Origin: Candidatus Baldrarchaeum yapensis
Lineage (GTDB): Archaea; Asgardarchaeota; Baldrarchaeia; Baldrarchaeales; Baldrarchaeaceae
Length of the DNA: 11,205 bases
Direction: 5' to 3'
Assembly: GCA_016840465.1 (NCBI GenBank)
Contig: JAEOSH010000064.1
Span: forward strand, 1-11,205
The notes below the pieces were generated by a model. It was not told where the DNA came from. It ran no database searches and was given only the letters and a program-made list of their open reading frames with translations. The position numbers and the translations under genes were made by a program. Positions 1 to 5,604 of this stretch are shown here, piece by piece (positions within the stretch are counted from its first letter, which is position 1; each line of letters starts with the position of its first letter).

Positions 1-399
1 GTCGAGGAGATACAGAGGAAGCTGGGGCAGATTTTCGGTCTCCGCGGGATTTTCTGCAGGTCTGAGAGCATGGTTAGGGCGAGGATATCGTTCTGCTACC
101 TGCTACATCTCGTGTTTTCAATCATGGCGGCGGAGATTTCGGGGCTTGGTGCTTGCGTCATAGTATACGATTTGTGGAGGGAGTATTGCGGACTTGACGG
201 TCTTATTGCCGAGAGAAGGGAGAAAATTTGTTTATATCTGGATAAGTCTTCGCAAATGTATTTTTTTATCCACTTAATTGTGGTTGTTCAACCTCTGGAA
301 GTTATCGAGATGCTGAGAGAAGGCAGGCTGGATGGGATTTTAAAGAGAACAAAACAGTGGGAAATTTACTTCGGTGGGCACGAGCAAATTGCAACATGA
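1..399 (+). mobile_element. C-terminal part of a CDS open from the window edge; possible DDE (IS4/IS701-like) transposase C-terminus
   Basis: Frame +1 is open from base 1 to TGA 397-399. The first residues VEEIQRKLGQIFGLRGIFCRSESMVRARISFCYLLHLVF fit the 'xIExxxRxLKQxxGLxxxxxRSxxxVxxxIxxxYLL' pattern of DDE transposase C-termini (recalled pattern). No terminal inverted repeat identified. Confidence 0.4.
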
Positions 400-428
400 T
401 GGGCGCGCGACCTGCGCCAGTAAGTTTA

Positions 429-487
429 TTTCATAAAACTACTGACGGTGGTGTCAAACCTAAAGGTGATGTATCGATTTTATGAAA
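429..487. promoter_or_regulatory. Nested inverted repeats upstream of aor (candidate operator region)
   Basis: TTTCATAAAA (429-438) and TTTTATGAAA (478-487) form a perfect 10-bp inverted repeat enclosing TGAC-N6-GTCA (443-456). Confidence 0.35.
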
Positions 488-502
488 CCGCTTTGCACGC
501 CC

Positions 503-517
503 ATGAAAGTATAAATT
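503..517 (+). promoter_or_regulatory. BRE/TATA promoter of the aor-aldolase operon
   Basis: Purine-rich ATGAAAG followed by TATAAATT (510-517), ~40 nt upstream of the start codon. GAGGAG at 550-555 is SD-like. Confidence 0.55.
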
Positions 518-555
518 CCTTATGTACAGAATAAGGGGGAAGATCCCGAGAGGAG

Positions 556-2361
556 ATGGAGGTGTCTGAGATCTTCGGATGGACGGGAAGGGCTCTTCTC
601 GTAGATCTTTCAACCGGAATCACGAAAAGGATCGAGCTGGAGAGGGAGGTTCTGCTGAAGTTCATGGGAGGCCGCGGGCTCGGGGCGAAAATAGTGTATG
701 ACGGAGTGGATCCCCGAACGGACCCATTCCACCGGGATAACATTTTGGTGTTTGCGGTGGGCCCCCTCACGGCAACCAAAGTTTACACCTCTGGAAGGTA
801 TTGCGTTGTTTCGAAGTCGCCGCTTACAGGCGGTCTCTTTTACTCGAGTTCTGGCGGCTTCTTTGGCGCATCTCTTAAGAAGGCAGGGTACGATGCGATA
901 ATAATAAGAGGACGCGCATCGGATTCCGTTTACCTCTATATAGATGATGAGGAGGTGAAATTGGAAAAAGCATCCCATCTCTGGGGCAAGGGCACCAAGG
1001 AGGTAAGAGAGATTTTGAAAAGGGATCTGGGGCGGGAGTTCAGGGTGGTGTGCATAGGACCCGCGGGGGAGAACCTCGTAAGATACGCATGCATAGTGAA
1101 CGACATCTCAAATGCGGCTGGAAGGGGAGGATTAGGCGCCGTCATGGGATCTAAGAACCTGAAGGCCATAGCCGTGCGGGGATCTCGTAAGGTCAGGGTT
1201 GCGGACCCGGATGCCTTAAACGACCTGATGGAGAAGGCAAAAATAAGGGTCATATGGAATCCCATCCTCGATAAGGCCCTCGCATACTACGGCACCTCCT
1301 CTCTCGTGAACATAATAAACGAGCACGGAATGCTCCCGACGAGGAACTTCCAACTCGGGTATTTTGAGGAGGCTGACGCCATCTCCGGAGAAACCCTAAG
1401 GGAAAGGATATTTGTGAAGAGGGCGTCCTGCTACAACTGCCCCGTTGCGTGCAAGAGGATCACGAGGACAAAGTCTATGGGGGGAGAGGGACCCGAGTAC
1501 GAGACCATAGGATCTCTGGGATCTATGCTCATGATAGGTGACATAGAGAAGGTCGCTGAGATAAACTACCTGTGCAACGACCTCGGTCTTGACACGATTT
1601 CCACTGGTGTGACAATAGCGTGTGCAATGGAACTCTCCGAACGGGGAGTTATCGATGAGAAGATAGAGTGGGGGGATGCGGAAAAGGTGAAGGAACTCGT
1701 CGGGAAGATAGCGGCACGTGAGGGAATCGGAAATGAACTTGCCGAGGGGTCCAAGAGATTTGCCGAGAAATACGGAATGAGCGAATGTGCAATGCACGTT
1801 AAGGGTCTAGAATTGGCAATGTACGATCCTCGCGGCGCATTTGGCCAGGCGCTGTCATACGCAACATCTAATAGGGGAGGATGCCACCTTAACGCATACA
1901 TGATCGCCGTGGAGGTTCTGGGAGTTCCCTACCTCATGGATAGGTTCTCCCCGACCGGAAAGCCTCCCATCGTGGTGTATCTCCAGAACCTCGCCGCAGC
2001 AATCGACAGCATGGTGCTGTGCAAGTTCATGGCTTTTGAATTTGACGATGAAATGTTCGCGAACTTCCTGTCCGCCGTGACGGGCGAAAACTACACTCAG
2101 GAGACGGTGGTAAAAACAGGAGAGAGGATATGGAACCTCGAGCGCGTGTTCAACATACGCGCGGGAATAGAGCCATCCCAGGACACCCTCCCATCCCGCC
2201 TTCTGTCACCTCTCCAAAACGGACCCTGCAAGGGAAAGGTTCCCCCGCTTCGCCAGATGCTCCAAGAATATTATTACGTCAGGGGTTGGAGGGAGGATGG
2301 AATCCCAACTGCTGAGAAATTGAAGGAGCTGGGAATAGAACCTCCGGAGGGGTGGGAATGA
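556..2361 (+). CDS. aor: Tungsten-containing aldehyde:ferredoxin oxidoreductase (AOR family)
   Basis: 601 aa with AFOR-family motifs: GGRGLG, KSPLTG, CIGPAGENLVRYACI, AAGRGGLGAVMGSKNLKAI, [4Fe-4S] CYNCPVAC plus RGGCH, GPEYET, DLGLD. The start could alternatively be GTG 562, which has better SD spacing. Confidence 0.95.
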   Translation: MEVSEIFGWTGRALLVDLSTGITKRIELEREVLLKFMGGRGLGAKIVYDGVDPRTDPFHRDNILVFAVGPLTATKVYTSGRYCVVSKSPLTGGLFYSSSGGFFGASLKKAGYDAIIIRGRASDSVYLYIDDEEVKLEKASHLWGKGTKEVREILKRDLGREFRVVCIGPAGENLVRYACIVNDISNAAGRGGLGAVMGSKNLKAIAVRGSRKVRVADPDALNDLMEKAKIRVIWNPILDKALAYYGTSSLVNIINEHGMLPTRNFQLGYFEEADAISGETLRERIFVKRASCYNCPVACKRITRTKSMGGEGPEYETIGSLGSMLMIGDIEKVAEINYLCNDLGLDTISTGVTIACAMELSERGVIDEKIEWGDAEKVKELVGKIAAREGIGNELAEGSKRFAEKYGMSECAMHVKGLELAMYDPRGAFGQALSYATSNRGGCHLNAYMIAVEVLGVPYLMDRFSPTGKPPIVVYLQNLAAAIDSMVLCKFMAFEFDDEMFANFLSAVTGENYTQETVVKTGERIWNLERVFNIRAGIEPSQDTLPSRLLSPLQNGPCKGKVPPLRQMLQEYYYVRGWREDGIPTAEKLKELGIEPPEGWE

Positions 2362-2954
2362 GGGTTCCCGAAAGCGTGTATAAGGAACTGAAGGAGTATT
2401 GTGCGCGCCTTGCCAGAAGGGGTTACGTGACCGCACATGGAGGGAACGCTAGCATCAGAAGCGGAAACATAATGTGGATAACGAGACATGCGTCCTCACT
2501 TGAAAACCTTCGCCCCGAGGACGTAATCCAAGTATATATAGACAAGCCCTCAAGTTTCGATGCAATCGCGTCTACAGAGACGATAGTCCATCGTGAAATA
2601 TACAGAAGAACCCCTAATCTTGCGGTCCTTCACGCGCACCCTCCCCACACCGTTGCGATGTCCTTCTTTGTCGAGGAACTGATACCCCCGGACTCGGAGG
2701 GATACTATGTCCTGAAGAGGGTTCCGGTCGTGGAGGGAAGCCCCGGATCTCCGGAACTTGCGGAGAATGTTGCGAATGCCCTCAAGAAGTATCATGCGGT
2801 AATAGTGAGAGCGCATGGCGTATTCGCCGCAGCAAAGTTCATGGATATCGCATACCAGTACATATGCATGGTGGAGCACTCCGCAAAGATCCTCTGGCTT
2901 ACCGAGTGCCTCAAGATCCTCGGAAGGGAGATTATAAGGCCCCGAGTATTCTGA
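2358..2954 (+). CDS. Class II aldolase/adducin-family protein (FucA/MtnB-like, metal-dependent)
   Basis: GGNASIR phosphate loop, catalytic STE, metal ligands HAH and AHG. ATG 2358 overlaps the aor stop as ATGA. Confidence 0.9.
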   Translation: MRVPESVYKELKEYCARLARRGYVTAHGGNASIRSGNIMWITRHASSLENLRPEDVIQVYIDKPSSFDAIASTETIVHREIYRRTPNLAVLHAHPPHTVAMSFFVEELIPPDSEGYYVLKRVPVVEGSPGSPELAENVANALKKYHAVIVRAHGVFAAAKFMDIAYQYICMVEHSAKILWLTECLKILGREIIRPRVF

Positions 2955-2956
2955 AC

Positions 2957-3168
2957 TCACATCCTCCCAACGAAATTGAGTATCGCCCTGCACCACCCCT
3001 CCAGTATCTTCAAATTTTCTCTTTCAGTTCCGCGCGAAAGCGCACTGTACACGAAGCGCGGCCTTCCAACCTCCGACTTTGCGCCCCTCTTCCTTACAAC
3101 CCCATCTCCTCAAGGGTTTGTAGCACCCTATGTACGACGCTCTGATCCCTGTTGAAAGTTGCCGCCAA
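2957..3168 (-). pseudogene. 5'-truncated, frameshifted winged-HTH transcriptional regulator (COG3355/TrmB-like)
   Basis: The minus strand reads LAATFNRDQSVVHRVLQTLEEMGL* (3168-3094), then in a shifted frame VRKRGAKSEVGRPRFVYSALSRGTERENLKILEGWCRAILNFVGRM* (3097-2957). This matches the recalled 'LAxxLNRxRSTVYRxLQxL..GLV.R....GG.Y.Y.......L.EW' pattern. No N-terminus or start codon found. Confidence 0.72.
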
Positions 3169-3175
3169 GGGCCGG

Positions 3176-3632
3176 ACGCTCGCAAAGGTGGATGCTCTGC
3201 TCAGAACAGGAAGGATTATAGCTTTCTTAGATGACTGGTGTAGCTACGGCGCCGCTGACCTTGCGGGCCTGAGAAAACTATCGTATCCCACTACCGTTAG
3301 GATACTCAGGTTTTAGACACCTCCCTGATAACGCCGGACATCATAATAGAGAGACTTTCAGAAGGGGTGCGGACGCCGTGTTCGTGGGAGCATGCGAAGC
3401 CGGCGGGAATACCTTCTCTCCCGAATGTTCCAAAGGGTAAAAGAAAACGTGAGGACGGCAAGGGCTTCCTAGAGGATGCCGGAGTGGAGAAGGACAGACC
3501 GAGACATGATTTTTCGTGGTTGCCGCGGGCTCAGAATTTGTTATGCGTTTCAAGGAACTGCATGATTATGTTGAAGCCGTGGGATCCATACCACTGGGGA
3601 AACGGGAAAAGTTAAGGTCCCACCACGTGTAA
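3176..3632 (+). pseudogene. Degraded MvhD/FlpD-like (hydrogenase delta subunit) domain, probably the tail of an HdrA-MvhD or ferredoxin-MvhD fusion
   Basis: TLAKVDALLRTGRIIAFLDDWCSYGAADLAGLRKLSYPTTVRILRF* (TAG 3314-3316), then frame-shifted pieces DTSLITPDIIIE / FRRGADAVFVGACEAG / EYLLSRMFQRVKENVRTAR / GFLEDAGVEKDR / FVVAAGSEFVMRFKELHDYVEAVGSIPLGKREKLRSHHV* (TAA 3630-3632). These are collinear with MvhD 'KIVAFLCNWCSYAGADLAG..R.QYP..RIIRVMCSGRV.P..I..AF..GADGV.V.GC'. Confidence 0.8.
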
Positions 3633-3659
3633 ATTCAAATGAAACAGCAATCGACGGTG

Positions 3660-4244
3660 ATGTCGTTGTTAAAGGTTCTATGCACTTACGGAAGCCCACG
3701 GACCGGCGGGAATACGGAAATCCTCGTCAGATATGTGGCGGATAGATTTAGGGAGAGGAACGTGAGGGTATCGCTGATCAACCTGTGCGAATTGGAAATA
3801 AAGCCGTGTACCTCCTGTAGGAGATGTGTGAATAGAAGGGGGACGTGCTCCATCGACGATGATATGACTAATATCATCATCCCTGAACTTCTATCCGCAG
3901 ACGGACTGGTAGTTGCATCCCCTGTATACTTCAACAACGTATCAGCCTGTGTCAAGGCGTTCATAGACAGAACGTGGTGCCTGAGGGGGAAGCTTAAGGA
4001 TGTGGTGGGAGGCGGCATAGTCGTTGGGAGAGGGTACGGCGCCGAACTGGCGCTTGCCGCAATCCACGCGTTCATGCTGAAGCATGAAATGATTCTGGGA
4101 ATGAGAGGAGTAACCGGGTTCGGATACGAGAAGGGGGACATTGAGAAAGACAAAGAGGCGTTTAAATTGGCAGATAGACTTGTTGAAAGGATGTATGAAC
4201 TAATGCTAAAAATCAGAAGGTGGTGTCACCCGCCGAAATCCTAA
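3660..4244 (+). CDS. Iron-sulfur flavoprotein (Isf) / NADPH-dependent FMN reductase-like flavodoxin family
   Basis: GSPRTGGNT FMN loop, compact CTSCRRC-x6-C [4Fe-4S] motif, ADGLVVASPVYF, KAFIDR. Start uncertain (ATG 3639, ATG 3660 or TTG 3666). Confidence 0.9.
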   Translation: MSLLKVLCTYGSPRTGGNTEILVRYVADRFRERNVRVSLINLCELEIKPCTSCRRCVNRRGTCSIDDDMTNIIIPELLSADGLVVASPVYFNNVSACVKAFIDRTWCLRGKLKDVVGGGIVVGRGYGAELALAAIHAFMLKHEMILGMRGVTGFGYEKGDIEKDKEAFKLADRLVERMYELMLKIRRWCHPPKS

Positions 4245-4247
4245 ATC

Positions 4248-4253
4248 TTTTTT
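4248..4253 (+). terminator. Oligo-T tract, candidate archaeal intrinsic terminator of isf
   Basis: TTTTTT three bases after the TAA stop at 4242-4244. Confidence 0.4.
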
Positions 4254-4285
4254 ATCGCCACGTTTAACTCTACAAATCGACAATC

Positions 4286-4640
4286 TTAAGGCCTAGCGAA
4301 ACCCGTGACGTAGTCGCACTTTATAAGGAATATCACCGCCTCTGCAACCTCCTCCGGCCTGCCGAATCTTCTCATCGGAACCCTACTCAGTATTACCTTT
4401 TTTCTCTCCTCGGGGAGCCCGCGTATCGTGTCGGTCTCTATCGGACCGGGGGCCACCGCGGTCACCGTTATGTTGTACCTCAGCAGCTCCTGAGCAAGCG
4501 AGAACGTCATACCTATAAGCCCTGCCTTGGAAGCAGCATAGTGCGGCCCGACGGTGCCTCCCATCTTCCCGGCAACCGATGATATGTTTATTATCTTCCC
4601 GTTCTGACTCTCCGCCACTTTCACAACTTTTGATGCATGT
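4286..4640 (-). pseudogene. Internal fragment of a FabG-like short-chain dehydrogenase/reductase
   Basis: GKIINISSVAG, YAASK, NITVTAVAPGPIETD, RVPMRRFGRPEEVAEAVIFL and DYVTG are present. The N-terminal GxxxGxG Rossmann half is absent (the ORF-track N-terminus is read-through of the structured element). After DYVTG the frame ends FARP* instead of the usual '..VNGG..' tail. Confidence 0.85.
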
Positions 4641-4783
4641 GTGGTGGAGAGCCTTCCCGTCTCGGGGTCCATCGACGGGCTTTCGCGGGGAGCGGTGCTC
4701 CGTACATCCATCTGACCCTTCGCTCCGCCCTTTCGGGCTTCCCTCCCTCTCATCGCCCCTCCCACATCCCGGGCGGAGCCCGC
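4625..4783 (-). ncRNA. Candidate structured ncRNA resembling a stand-alone TnpB omega/reRNA (IS200/IS605 right-end derived)
   Basis: 96/140 GC over 4641-4780 (hand count). Helices: 9-bp GCUCCGCCC/GGGCGGAGC, GCCC-GAAA-GGGC, GGAGC-ACC-GCUCC, CCCGUC/GACGGG, plus a GGGUC/GACCC pseudoknot into the last loop. A TATA box lies at the correct distance upstream. The core GATGTACGGAGCACCGCTCCCCGCGAAAGCCC..GATG..GGGAAGGCT resembles archaeal tnpB 3'-end motifs as I recall them (not searched). The 3' boundary is uncertain. Confidence 0.5.
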
Positions 4784-4800
4784 TTAACACAACAGAAGTC

Positions 4801-4816
4801 CTTTATAAGGGTTTTG
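4801..4816 (-). promoter_or_regulatory. BRE/TATA promoter driving the structured RNA
   Basis: The minus strand reads CAAAACC-CTTATAAAG. The predicted TSS at ~4783-4778 coincides with the start of the GC-rich element. Confidence 0.6.
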
Positions 4817-4886
4817 AGGTTGCAAAGGTGCATGAGGGCAACAAATGCAACACTATGCGTTTCTGCCCCTAGGTACTTGCGGTTTT

Positions 4887-4921
4887 CATTGGAGGTCGCT
4901 GTTGTGACCTCCCTTTCAATG
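4887..4921. other. Stable stem-loop in intergenic DNA
   Basis: GGAGGTCGC-TGTT-GTGACCTCC (4891-4912; 9 bp with one G-U), extendable by CATTG/CAATG (4887-4891 / 4917-4921). Confidence 0.45.
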
Positions 4922-4999
4922 CTGTTGGAATTATGGGTCGAGTGCGTCTTTTTGTCCCAATATTTGCCACGGCGTTATTTTGGCCGGAGTGCTCCTTCT

Positions 5000-5012
5000 A
5001 AACGTTTAAATA
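5000..5012 (+). promoter_or_regulatory. BRE/TATA promoter of the membrane protein gene
   Basis: AAACG-TTTAAATA, 45 nt upstream of ATG 5057. Confidence 0.6.
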
Positions 5013-5056
5013 CTTCTTATTAGGAGGTATAGAAAGGAGTCGAAAGAGGGTTTCTG

Positions 5057-5497
5057 ATGGGCGAAGAAGAAACCCCGCGAGGAGCGATACTACTGGGCTT
5101 CTTGTTTCTACTGACGGGGTTCTTTCTGATATCTGCGGGAGCGTCTAGGATTTCGGAGTACGTTCAGAGATTGATGGAAAGGGTTCCGGGGCACGAACAC
5201 ATGGTTGCAACGCTGGGCGGTACCAGTAGCTATATGTTGATCCTATATGGCGTTTTGGCGGTGGCGTTGGCAATAGGTTTCTTCCAGAAGCAGGAGTGGG
5301 CGGCTGGGGGAGGATTTGTACTGCTAATAATAGCTCTTGCGTCCGGAGTTCTATCGATTTGGGAGCAGGTCGTTGCGTTCGGGGGATTTGAAGCGCTCAT
5401 AGCGGAGGCCCCACTATCGACGCTCATTTCAATGGCAGCATGCGCAATAATGGCGCTCATGCTTGTGTACATGGTTGTTGCGAAAGGGTGGAGGTAG
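5057..5497 (+). CDS. Hypothetical integral membrane protein (~4 TM helices)
   Basis: 146 aa with hydrophobic segments AILLGFLFLLTGFFLISAG, MLILYGVLAVALAIGFF, WAAGGGFVLLIIALASGVLSIW and LISMAACAIMALMLVYMVV. It has its own promoter. Confidence 0.8.
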   Translation: MGEEETPRGAILLGFLFLLTGFFLISAGASRISEYVQRLMERVPGHEHMVATLGGTSSYMLILYGVLAVALAIGFFQKQEWAAGGGFVLLIIALASGVLSIWEQVVAFGGFEALIAEAPLSTLISMAACAIMALMLVYMVVAKGWR

Positions 5498-5604
5498 CGG
5501 AACCTCCATTGTTCCACTTCCATTTTTCCTTGTGGTTAATCTTTTATTTACATTAAACGTAGAAGTATGTTACGGACGTTCATCGACTTCTTTCGGTGGT
5601 TCGG

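Noticed and set aside
610-2489. Antisense and alternate-frame ORFs overlapping aor and the aldolase (610-978, 936-1265, 1396-1797, 1566-1901 etc.)
   Set aside because: Shadow ORFs of well-supported genes, with no motifs.
2864-3145. CSTLC in a plus-strand ORF as a ferredoxin remnant
   Set aside because: The same bases encode the HTH recognition helix on the minus strand, which is a much better match.
3314-3316. In-frame TAG near an MvhD cysteine position as pyrrolysine or selenocysteine recoding
   Set aside because: Homology continues only in a different frame, and further stops follow (TGA TAA). It is a frameshift, and TAG is not the Sec codon.
4286-4765. ORF-track 159-aa protein as an intact SDR
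   Set aside because: The first ~40 aa are translation of the GC-rich structured element, with no GxxxGxG motif.
4640-4783. Structured element as tRNA, SRP RNA, RNase P, hammerhead, C/D or H/ACA sRNA
   Set aside because: No cloverleaf or T-loop, no SRP helix-8 motif, no RNase P P4 motif. CGAUGA lacks the CUGAUGA core and has no matching D box. The purine-only interior cannot form an H/ACA upper stem, although an ACA lies near the 3' end, so this is not fully excluded.
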